A DNA stretch of 64,000 bases, from NCBI RefSeq assembly GCF_009914755.1, contig NC_060935.1. One strand, 5' to 3'. The notes under the pieces were generated by a model that made no database searches, was not told where the DNA came from, and saw only the letters and a list, made by a program, of their open reading frames with translations. This document shows, piece by piece, positions 14,562 to 27,116 of the stretch. The stretch is from the human T2T-CHM13v2.0 reference genome, Homo sapiens. Every line of letters starts with the position of its first letter. Within the stretch, counting starts at the first letter, position 1. The position numbers were made by a program, and so were the translations under genes.

Positions 14562-15355
14562 AAGATTGCTTTTTTTTCTAGTGACATAATGCTGGAAAGG
14601 CAGCATTCTTCAGAATATCATAGAAATCAGAAAATGGGAAATAAGAGGCAAAAGATTAATATGAATTATGCATCCGCCAATTAAGTTTCCTAACATTTAA
14701 TTATCAGGACTGCGCTGTCCCATTGGTGGTGCGATTCATTTTGCAGGTGGGGAAACTGCAGGTCAAGGACTGTTTCTAAACCCTCAATGTTTCTTCTACA
14801 CCAGTTGTTTGTGAACTATGTAGGATTCAGTGTCCAGAATTCTGCAGGTATCTGAGGGACTGGGGTAAAAGCAGAGCAGGAAAGGACAGGAGACATATGA
14901 ATGGGTAATCAGCAGCTGATTACCTTAAAAAAATCTGTTTTATATAAGATTTACTTTGATAAAAAATACTCAAAACCTTAAAAAAGCTTAAAAATCACTA
15001 TAACATAGCATGCTTATACTTTTAATTTTGATTGGTCATAGCCAAGTCTTCTGTGGGTTGGTTATAGAGGGGCAGACGTTAGGAAATGACCTCTATTTCC
15101 AAAAAGGGAAGCAGAATCAAGCCTTCTTCCAAAGTTCCAGTGCCAGAGAGTCAGGCAAGAACCTCCTCAATGACAGTTAAGGCATGCCTCAGAAAATGCA
15201 GCATATCCAATGCAGGTGAATGCCCTTGAACATGATACGCTGACCCAGCCAGCTCTGAAATGGCCTCACTTCTTGGGGTGATGCCGCACCCAAATTGCAT
15301 TTTTCCATTATGTTTGCAGACTGAATCTCTTTGCCATGAGACTCATAGCATTTAG

Positions 15356-16209
<854 letters not shown>

Positions 16210-16909
16210 TGGAAGTTATATTATTCCTACATTATTCTGAGAATTCTAGCTGCCCAGGCTTTTTACCAGTATGGAAAGTGATCTCCAGAGACACTTTCCT
16301 GTTTCTCTCATTTCTAATCTTTGCTCACATCCATATCAATTGATATTCCTGGGAAGCAGGAGTATCTTAGATAGATGGAGATACGGCTTCTCTCAGAAAA
16401 GTCTAAAAAGATAGGTGTTGAGATGAAATGAATATTATAAGTAGTTATCACTGGGTATATCTTCTGGAAACAGTGGCTTTCTCATGGGTGAAAACCTACT
16501 TTGGTAATCATATACACGGTTAGAGCTGACATAGTTGCAGCTATCGTATGTAGGGCATCATGACAGGTAGGTATTGGAGGGGGTGTTATTGCCCCTATTT
16601 TACATGGAGAATTTACTAAAAAAATGTTGTCTAAAATCACAGAGTAGGTAGAGTGAGGATTTGAATTCACATGGTCTGATTCTGGAATTCATGCTCTTTT
16701 TTTAATCATCCCACATTTGCACCATCAGGGAGTCTAGCCCACACCTTCCTTTTAAATGGTAGGAAATTCTTTTAGAATCTTTAGTGCACCTGAAAGTCAT
16801 TTGCGTTTTAAATCTTTTATTCTATAAAAAATCCTATAAATCCTTTTCAAGATATGAATTTGGTGACTTTAGGTCATCAAATGACATTCATATTATAAAC
16901 TTAAGTTGT

Positions 16910-18105
16910 TTGTAATATTCTCTCTTTATCCTTTATTTTCCGCAGAAATGTAGTGATATCCTTTTGCCTTCCCAGTATTAAAAATTTTTTCTTTTTCATT
17001 TGTTTTGTTAATATTTTCAATAGACCATTGTTTCACTTCCTCTAAAATTTTTCTGTTTTTGTTTTCTCTGATTAATATCTGTTAACTTTCCTATATCCTT
17101 CCTTCTAGATTGTATGAGGAGTCAGGTAAAAACTTAGCTCATTGATTTTAGACCTCACTTCCTTTCAAATATAAGAATTTAAAACTAGGATGGAACTGGA
17201 GATCATTATGTTAAGTGAAATAATCCAGACATGGAAAGACAGACATCACATGTTATGATTATTTGTGGGATCTAAAAATCAAAACAATTGAACTCATGGA
17301 CATAGAGAGTAGAAGGATGGTTACCAGAGGCTGGAAAGGGTAGTGGGAGAGTGAGGGGGAGGTGGGGATGGTCAATGGGGAAAAAAAGTAGAATAAATGA
17401 GACCTACTATTTGATAGCACAATGGGGTTACTATAGTCAATAATAACTTAATTGTATATTTTAAAATAAAGAGTGTAATTGGATTGTTTGTAACTCAAAG
17501 GACAAATGCTTGAGGGGACGGGTATCCCATTCTCCATGATGTGCTTATTTCACTGTGCATGCCTGAATCAAAACATCTCATGTACCCCATAAATATATCT
17601 ATCTACTATGTACCCACAAAAATAAAAAATAATAATTAAAAGAGAATTTAAAACTATAAACTCTAAAAAGCAATACTTTAGCTGCATCCCACAAAATTTC
17701 ACAAGTATTTTTATCATTCAATTTAAAATATAATCTCATTTTTAATTATTTCTCCTTTAACCAATGGATTATTTAGAACTATGTTGTTTAATTTTCAATT
17801 ATTTGGGATTTTTCCTTGATATCTTATTGTTATTTAATCCTAGTTTAATTCCACTGTGGTTAGAGAGCATTCTGAATAATGCCATTCCTTTTACATTTGT
17901 TAAAACCTGTTTCATAGCCCAACCTAAGGTCTATCTTAGTGAATGTACAACATGTGCTGGAAAAGAATGTGTATTTTTCAGTTGTAGGGTATAGTGTTCT
18001 ATACATATCAATTAGGTTAGGGTGGGTCATATATTGCTCAGATCTTTTATGTTTCTACAGATTTTCTTCGTCTCATCATACTACCACTTCCTGAGGCAGT
18101 GGAGT
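16910..18105 (-). mobile_element. Old L1M fragment hosting an L1MA insert and the MER41 LTR
   Basis: ctttagctgcatcccacaaaattt, tttaattccactgtggttagagagcat, ggaaaagaatgtgtattttt. Confidence 0.65.
17188..17642 (+). mobile_element. 5'-truncated L1MA2-like 3' end
   Basis: L1MA 3'UTR and A tail; 14-bp TSD AGAATTTAAAACTA at 17174-17187 and 17643-17656. Confidence 0.9.
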
Positions 18106-18736
18106 TGTTACTGCAAAGGGATCCCATTCTGGACCCCAAGAGAGGGTTCTTGGATCTTGTGCAAGAAAGAATTTGGGGCCATTCCATAAAGCAAAGTGAA
18201 ATCAAGCTTATTAAGAAAGTAAAGGAATAACGAATGGCTACTCCATAGGCAGAACAGCAGCTTGGGCTGCTGGACTAAGGACACTTATAGTTATTTCTTG
18301 ATTATATGCTAAACAAGGTGTGGATTGTTCATGAGTTTTCTGGGAAAGGGGTGGGCATTTCCTGGAACTGAGGGCTCCTCCCCTTTTAGACCATACAGGG
18401 TAACTTACTCATTGCCACGGCATTTGTAAATGGTCATGGCACTTGTGGGAGTGTCTTTTAGCATGCTAATACATTATAATTAGCATATAATGAGCAGTGA
18501 GGATGATCAGAGGTCACTTTAATTGCCATCTTGGTTTTGGTGGAATTTGGAGGGCTTCTTTATCGCCACCCATTTTGTTAATAAGGTCTTTATGACCTGT
18601 ATCTTGTGCTGATCTGCTATGTCATCCTGTGCCTTACAGTGCCTAACCTCCTGGGAGTGCAACCCAGTAGGTCTCAGCCTCATTTTACTCAGCCCCTATT
18701 GAAGATGGAGTCACTCTGGTTCAAATGCTTCTGACA
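18106..18736 (-). mobile_element. Solo LTR, MER41 family (MER41B-like, ERV1)
   Basis: TG...CA ends, 631 bp, 4-bp TSD gagt/gaat; reverse complement starts tgtcagaagcatttgaaccagagtgactccatcttcaataggggctg, the MER41 5' end as recalled. Confidence 0.85.
18338..18367. promoter_or_regulatory. Tandem GAS (STAT) motifs in the MER41 LTR
   Basis: TTCTGGGAA 18338-18346 and TTCCTGGAA 18359-18367 both fit TTCN3GAA. Confidence 0.6.
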
Positions 18737-19854
18737 GAATTAATTTCTCCAATTATGACTGTAGAATTGTTTATTGATTTCTTTAAACCTGAGAAAGAAA
18801 AAATTGCAGATGAAGAAATGACATCAAGGGAAGTTAAGTCACTGTTGCAGGTTATATATCTAGCAAATAGGAGAGTCAGCCATTAAACAAGGCAGGTTGA
18901 CTCCCTGGTCCATGCTTTTAAGCACCATGTTATATCACTCCTTGTATGTCTTATCTAACTCACAGGGTGAAAACACTTCAAAATGCTATGTAAACATAAG
19001 GTGGTAGTCAAGGGGCTAGTTTAGTTCAAACTTGTCCCTGCTACTCACAAGAAAACCCAGATGACTTCATGTTTAGTACCAGCTTATTTCCCCAAATAGA
19101 TGGCACAAAACCATGCCCTATGTATTGTAGTTGCTTAATAACTACATGTAGAATAAATGAGTTTGTGATGACTGAGTACAGGAGTCTAAGACAAAAATAA
19201 AAACAGTGGCTTTCATAGCTTCCAAAGTTAGTCTGAACCACTAAGTAAATGTGATAAGGGGGTATGGTGTCTCCATGGCCCACTCCTCTAATTGGAATGC
19301 AATGCCCCTGGAGTCTCATTAGCAAGCCTCAAGGTACTTTTACTAAAAATGAATGTGCTATAACTCTTAAAGCAGTGGCACTCAAATTTAGTGATGGCTT
19401 TGGCTGGGGTGATACCACATGAGCTTCCTTGAACCCCTTGTGCTTAACAATTCACTGCAACTCTCTAGTTATCTTGTCAGGCTTCTTGACTTTGGTTGCT
19501 CACTGGAGGAGGGTGGAGCTCACTAAGGTCAGTTCTCATGTAGGCTTGGTCTTTTGGGGACTCTATCTAGAATAAACCTGAACTGACCAGGGAACCTTGT
19601 AGAAAACAGATGTCTTCACTTGCTTTGCTCTGTCCCTGTTCTGTTCTCAGTGCCCACATGGAAGTCCTGCTGCACAGTATTTGAGTATTCCTCAAGATCC
19701 TGCTTGGGGGTTTGACATCTGATTTGATTTTTTTTTCTTCAGATTGCCAAGGTATCACTAGAATTCTTCTCCTTAACCATTTTCTTAACCATTACTCATT
19801 AGTTGCTGAGAACATGGCCTCTTGGTGATCAGGTGGTCCCACTTCCTTGGTCAG

Positions 19855-20110
19855 GAGTATTGTATGGCGACTAAGAGGATAGCATTAACGCCCTGGACAC
19901 TGGGTTACATTTCCTGCTCTAACCCTTACCACTGTGTGAATTTGACCCAGTCACTCAGTCATTTGAATCCTTACGTCCCTCATCTGAAAAATAGAAACAA
20001 TCATAGTAGCTTCCTCGAAGTGATGTTGAGTGGATTAAGTGAGATGAGGCATTTAAAGTGGTCTGCACAAGTCCAGGCACACAGTAAGTGTTCAATAAGT
20101 ACAAGCAAAT
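19855..20110 (+). mobile_element. MIR SINE
   Basis: ccttaccactgtgtgaatttgacccagtcactcag...ctcatctgaaaaatag...ggcacacagtaagtgttcaataag. Confidence 0.75.
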
Positions 20111-20914
20111 ATTACGCTGCTGTGGTTACTGGTCTTTCTACTCATGGTCAGGTTAAAGCTCAGAAAGTAGTTTCACATGTATTTATTCTTTAGAGGCTTG
20201 CTAGATGGATGCCCAGACCATGACTGGGAGCTGCTGAAGGCATAGGACTGCAGCGAAGGATGTGTACTTAGAGTAGAGGGGTCAGAGTTTACAGACCAGG
20301 GAATGGGCTGCCCTGGCATGTGGTCCCTGATGGCACATAAACTTTTTGCAAATTAGAGCAATTGAGAGTGTATTTTCTTTGAGGTGTAGTCTTAGAACAC
20401 TTTCTCCAAAGCCCAGACCCACCCAGCAAGGAGCTTTTTCATGTAAATGAGTTCTTTGAATACTTGAAGCTTAAAAGGCATTTAGAAGACTTTTTACATT
20501 TTAATCTTTTAAGGTAGAAATGTTTCTAAATTGCATTACAAATTTCTTTTGTATTTCAAAACAATGTATTTGAAAACTGGGGAGAGGACAAATTCAGTGT
20601 AATGTGAATCTCAATCCCCTACCAGTTCCCAGGAAAAGTAGTGAAGGGAATTAGTAAAGATGTAAAGCAACTTACTTGCTTCCTAGCTATTCTTAAATTC
20701 ATCAAATACTAATTCATCATTAAAGTCATCAATATCAGTGAAATTGATTTTGGGGGGGATATTTCTATTTTTCCAGCTTAGAATCACAGCACTTAGTCTA
20801 ACCTTCATCTTTTTGTTGATGCTGACTTGTTTGTGTAAAGTCAAGTCCAATGTTCATGTCTCTAAAGTTTTTCAGTGGTGTGAGACTGGAGAGAGTAGAA
20901 GGGTCTCACACCAG

Positions 20915-21140
20915 AAGGTTGTAGCAAATAAGCATTGGTTTTGGAATCAGGCAGATTTGCTTTCAATTCCTATTATATGGTACTTGCTATGTCTCACCTA
21001 GAGCAAGTCATTTAAAGCTAAACTTCTGGAGTTTCCTTCTCTTCATTTGTATAGTGAGGATGTTGTTAGTTATCTTTAAGAATTGTGATAAGTGTGAACT
21101 AGGATAGTGGGTTAAGCTCATGAACAGTGCCTGACCCACA
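20915..21140 (+). mobile_element. MIR SINE
   Basis: ggttttggaatcaggcagattt...gagcaagtcatttaa...aacagtgcctgacccaca. Confidence 0.6.
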
Positions 21141-21754
21141 CCATCTCCACAATGATGGTGGCAGCCTGAGGTATAAGAAGTGGGAAATCTTTTTTTGTGC
21201 TATACTCAGTCTTGTTCAGGTATTCACAGACTACAAGGTTCAAGGGGAAGTTTATGGTTTAAGGATAACGTGAGGATTTTGGAGAGTATGAGAAAAGGAA
21301 ATGGATAGAAATGAGTCCCTGAAGGAGCAGTTGAAGGTGCTGGAAGACCTTTAGGCCCAAGAAGGGTAGTCTGAGTTGGGAGCTAATGATCATTGTTTTA
21401 TTAGTGTCTTCTTTAATTCCCAGAATAGCAAATGACATTGTTTTTACATTGTATTGAGATTCTATCTGGATCCTAATAAAGTTCATGCCCTCCACCTCAA
21501 CCTTCCCAATTTAAGGAATCAATCTTAGGAAAAACTACCAGAGAGCTACAGAGTGAGGGCATTTACTATAGTCTAAAATTGAGAGTCACTCAAAAGCTCA
21601 TATACAGATAAATAGTTAAATAAATTATGGGACTTTTTAATAATGCACCATTAAAAACATCTTTTGAAGAATATCATCTGTGGAAATGCTTAAAGTGTTA
21701 AGGGAAAAAGTCTGAATATAAAACTATGTATATACTTGATTCAAAATTTGTAAC

Positions 21755-22134
21755 TCAGATTCTGCTAACCAACATTTTACTCTGTTTCCATAAGTTCAAT
21801 TTTTTAAGATTCCACATATAAGTGGGACCATGCTGTATTTGTCTTTCTGTGCTTGGCTTACCACAGTACTCTCCAGATTCATCCATGTTGTTGTAAATGA
21901 CAGGATTTCCTTTTTTATAAAGGTGGAATGGTATTTTATTGTGTATATATACCACATTTCCTTTATCCATTCATTCATTGATGGGCATTTAGGTTGCATC
22001 TGTATCCTGGCTATTGTGAAAAATGCTGCAATGAATATAGAAGTGCAGATACCTCTTTGGCGTACTGATTTCTTATCTTTTGTATATACATCCAGTAGTG
22101 GAATTACTGGATCATATGGTAGTTCTATTAATTC
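21755..22134 (-). mobile_element. Outermost L1MA-like element, 3' part (continues at 48716)
   Basis: ORF 21796..22164 = ORF2 C-terminus (ELPYDPVIPLL); breaks at ggtagttctatt and resumes ttttttgaggaacatccat at ~48722. Confidence 0.8.
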
Positions 22135-24915
22135 ATTTTTTATTTTTAATTTTAGTGGGTACATATTTAGTGTATCTATTTATGGGTTACATGAGATATT
22201 TTGATGCAGACATGCAATGTGTAATAATCACATCAGTGTAAATGGGGTATCCATCACCTTAAGCATTTATCCTTTGTGTTACAAACAATCCACTTACACT
22301 CTTTTAGTTATTTTAATATGTACAATAAATTATTTTTGACTATAGTCATCCTGTTGTGCTAGAAAATACTAGGTCTTGTTTATTCGATTTTTTTTGGCAC
22401 TCATTCACCATGAATCAGTATTTGATGAATTTAAGAATAACTAGAAAGCAAGTAAGTAGCTTTACATGGTTGGCAGCTTCCTTGCCAATCTCCACTACTC
22501 TTCTTAGCCTCTGGTAACCATCATTCTACGCTCTACTTTCATTGAATCTCAATCAGTTCAATTGTTTTAATTTTTAGCTCCCACATATAAGTGAAAATAT
22601 ACGAAGTTTGTCTTTCTGTGCCTGGCCTATTTCACTTAATATAATGTTCTCCAGTTCCATCCATGTTGTTGCAAATGACAGGATCTAATTCTTTTTATGG
22701 CTGTATAGTACTTCATTGGGTGTATATATCACATTGTCTTTATCCATTTTTCTGTTGGTGGACACTTAATTTGTTTCCAAATGGTGGCTATTGTGAATAG
22801 TGTGCAATAAACATGGGAGCACAGCTAACTATTTGATATGCTGAGTTCCGTTCTTCTGATTGTATACCTAGGAGTGAAATTGATGGATCACATGGTAGCT
22901 CTATTTTTAGTTTTTGAAGGAGGCTCAAAACTGTTTTTCATAGTAGTTATACTAATTTACATTCCCACCAAGAGTCTACAAGAGTTCCCTTTTCTCCATA
23001 TCCTTGCCAGCATTTGTTACTGCCTGTCTTTTGGATATAAGCCATTTAAACTGGGGTAAGATAATATCTCATTGTAGTTTTTATATGCATTTCTCTGGTG
23101 ATCAGTAAAGTTGAGCACATTTTCATATATCTGTTTGCCATTTGCATGTCTTTTTTTAGACATGTCTTTTGCCCATTTTAAAATCAGGTTATTAAATTTT
23201 TTCCTACAGAGTTGTTTGAGCTACTTATATATTCTGGTTATTAATCCTTTGTCAGATAGAGAGTTTGCAAATATTTTCTCCCATTCTGTGGGTTGTCTCT
23301 TAACTTTGTTGATTGTTTCCTTCACAGTGCAGAAGCTTTTTAACTTGATGTGATTTTATTTGTCCATTTTTGCTTTGGTTGCCTGTGCTTATGGGGTGTT
23401 ACTCAAGAAATCTTTGCCCAGTCCAATGTCCTGGAGTTTTCCCAATGCTTCTTGTAGTAGTTTTTATAGTTTGAGGTCTTAGGTTTAGGCCTTTGATCTT
23501 CTTTGATTTGATTTTTGTATATGGTGAGAGATAGGAGTCTAGTTTTATTCTTTCTGCACATGAATATCCAGTTTTCCAAGCACCATTTATTGAAGAAACT
23601 GTCCTTTCCCCAATGTATGTTCTTGGCACCATTGTAAAAAATCAATTCACTCTAGATGTATGGGTTTATTTCCTGGTTCTCTATTCTGATCCACTGGTCT
23701 GTGCATTTGTTTTTATGCCAGCAGCATGCCATTTTGGTTACTATAGCTCTGTAGTATAATTTGAAGTGAGGTAATGCAATTCCTCCAGTTTTGTTCTTTT
23801 TCCCAAGATAGCTTTGGCTATTCTGGGTCTTTTGTGATTCCATATAAATTTTAGAGTTGTTTTTTCTATTTATGTGAAACATGTCATTGGTATTTTGATA
23901 GAGATTGTATTGAATTTGTAGATTGTTATGGGTAGTATAAACATTTTAACAATATTGATTCTTCTAATCCACAAAAATGGAATATATTCCTATATTTTCT
24001 GTATCCTCTTCAATGTCTTGAATCAATGTTTTATAGTTTTAATTGTAGAGACCTTTCACTTCTTTGGTGATGTTAATTCCTAAGTATTTAATTTTATTTG
24101 TAGTTATTGTAAATGGGATTATTTTCTTGATTTCTTTTTCAGACTGTTTGCTGTTGGCATACTGACTTTTGTATGTTGATATTGTATCCTACAACTTTAT
24201 TGAATTTGTTTATCATTTCTAATAGTTTTTTGCTGGAGTCTTTAGTTTTTTCCAAATACAAGATTATATCTGCAAATAAGTGTAATTTGACCCCTTCCTT
24301 TCCAATATGGAAGCCCTTTATTTATTTGGTCTGATTGCTCTAGCTCAAACTTCCAGTACTATGTTGAATGACTGTGGTGAAAGTGGGCATCGTTATTGTA
24401 TTGCAGATCTTAGACGAAAGGCTTTCAGTTTTTCCTCATTCAGTACAATATTACATATGGGTCTGTCATATATGGCTTTTGTTATATTGAAGTATGTTCC
24501 TTCCATACCCAGTTTTTTGAAGGTTTTTATGATGAAGAGATGTTGAGCTTTATCAAATGCTTTTTCAGCTTCAGTTGAAATGATCAAATAATATCCTTCA
24601 TTCTGTTCATATGATGTATCACATTAATTGATTTTTGTGTGTTAACCCAAACTTGCATCCCTGGGATAAATCCCACTTGATCATGATAAATGATCTTCTA
24701 AACGTATTGTTGAATTCAGTTTGCCAGTATTTTGTTGAGGATATTTGCATCAATATTCATCAATGATATTAGCTGGTAGTTTTCTTTTAATGATGTGTCT
24801 TTGTCTGGTTTTGGTATCAGGGTAATACTAGCCTTGTAGAATGAATTCAGAAGTATTCTCCCCTCCTCTATTTTCCAGAGTAGTTTGAATAGAATTGGTA
24901 TTAGTTCTTCTTTAA

Positions 24916-24988
24916 CCTATTTCCTGTTTGCCTTGAGAATAGTATGCTGGCAAAGAGCTGCACTTTTATTTTCTAAATGGGAAATGGG
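24916..24988. mobile_element. piggyBac-family MITE, MER75A-like
   Basis: 73 bp, TTAA TSD (24912-24915, 24989-24992), TIRs cctatttcctgttt / aaatgggaaatggg; host L1 reads contiguously when removed. Confidence 0.85.
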
Positions 24989-26717
24989 TTAAATGTTTGG
25001 TAGAATTCAGCAGTGAAGCCATGGGGTCCCAGGCTTTTCTTCGCTGGGAGATTTTTAAATGATGGCTTCAATCTTGTTATTTGTTATCAGTCTGTTTAGG
25101 TTTTTGATTTCTCCATGGATCAATCTTGGTAGATTATATGAGTCTAGGAATTTATCCATTTTTGCTAAAATGTCTAATTTATTTGCATGTAGTTGCTCAT
25201 GGTAGCCACTAATGATCCTTTGAATTTCTGCGGTATCAGTTGTAATATCTCCTTTTTAATCTCTGATTTTATTTATTCAGGTCTTTACTCTTTTTTTCTT
25301 AGTTATTCTGACTAAATGTTTGTCAGTTTTGTTTATCTTTTCAAAAAATTAGCTTTTTGTTTCATTGATCTTTTGTATTTTTTTATTTCAGTTTCATTTA
25401 TCTTTGCTCTGATTATTGTTTCTCTTCTACTAATTTTGAGTTTGTTTGCTCTTGATTTTCTAGTTCTTTAAGATGCATTGTTAGGTTGTTTGTTTGAAAA
25501 TTTTCTTCTTTTTTGATATAGGTACTTATAGCTATAAACTTCCCTGTTAGTACTGCTTTTGCTATATCCCATAGGTTTTGGTATGTCATGTTTACATTAT
25601 CATTTGTTTCAAGGAATTTTTCAATTTTACTCTTATTTTCTTTATTGACCCACTGGTCATTCAGGAGCATATGTTTAATTCTCATGTGTTTGTATAGTTT
25701 CCAACATTCCTCTTACTATTTATTTCTAGTTTTAGTCTAAATGCTGAATATTATTTCAATTTTTTTGATGTTTTCAGATTTGTTTTGTGACCTAACATAT
25801 CCTTGAGAATGATCCATGTGCTAAGGAAAAGTATGTTTATTCTACAGCCACTGGATTAAATGTTCTGTAAATATCTGTTAGGTCTATTTCTATTAGTTCT
25901 ATGGTGCAGATTAAGTCTGATGTTTCTTTGTTGATTTTTCTGTCTGGAAAACCTGTCCAATGCTCAAAGTAGGGTTATTGAAGTCTCCAGCTATTACAGT
26001 ATTGGGTCGCTTGCTCTTTTCAGCTCTAATAATATTTGCTTTATATATGTGGCTGCTCCAGTGTTGGGTGCATATATATTTACAATTGTTACATTCCTTT
26101 GCTAAACTGACTTTTTTGTCATTATAAAATGAACTTCATTGTCTCTTCTTATAGTTTTGTCTTGAAATCTATTTTATCTGATACAAGTATAGCTACTCCT
26201 GCTCTTTTTTGTTTTTTATTGTCATGGAATATCTTTTTCCATTCATTCATTTTCAGTCCATGTGTGTCTTTATAGGTGAAGTGTGTTTCTTGTAGGTAGT
26301 AGATCATTGGGTCCTGTTATTTATCCATTCAGCCACTCTATGTCTTTTGATTGGAGATTTTAGTATATTTACATTCAATGTCATTATTGATAGGTGATAT
26401 TTTCTGGTGGTATGATTTAATTTCTTGCTATTGGTTTTGTGTGTATATGTTGTATGTTTTTAGTTTTTAGGTTATTATAAGGCTATCTTATAACCATTTT
26501 TTAAGCGAAAACAACTTACCACTGCTTGTCTGAACAAACAAACAAACAAGCAAAAAGAGTACTAATAAAAACACTAAACATTAACTTTGTTCCTTACTTT
26601 TTAACTTTTTGTCATTTTTATTTATATCTTTTTGTACTGACTGTGCCTTGAAAGTTGTAGTTCTTATTTTTGATTGGTTCACATTTTAGCCTTCCTACTT
26701 ACTTAAGATAATTTACA

Positions 26718-27043
<326 letters not shown>

Positions 27044-27116
27044 TCACAGTGTTATTTAATATAATATTCTGTGTACTTACTATTATCAGTGAGTTTTTAA
27101 CATTCAGATGATTTCT

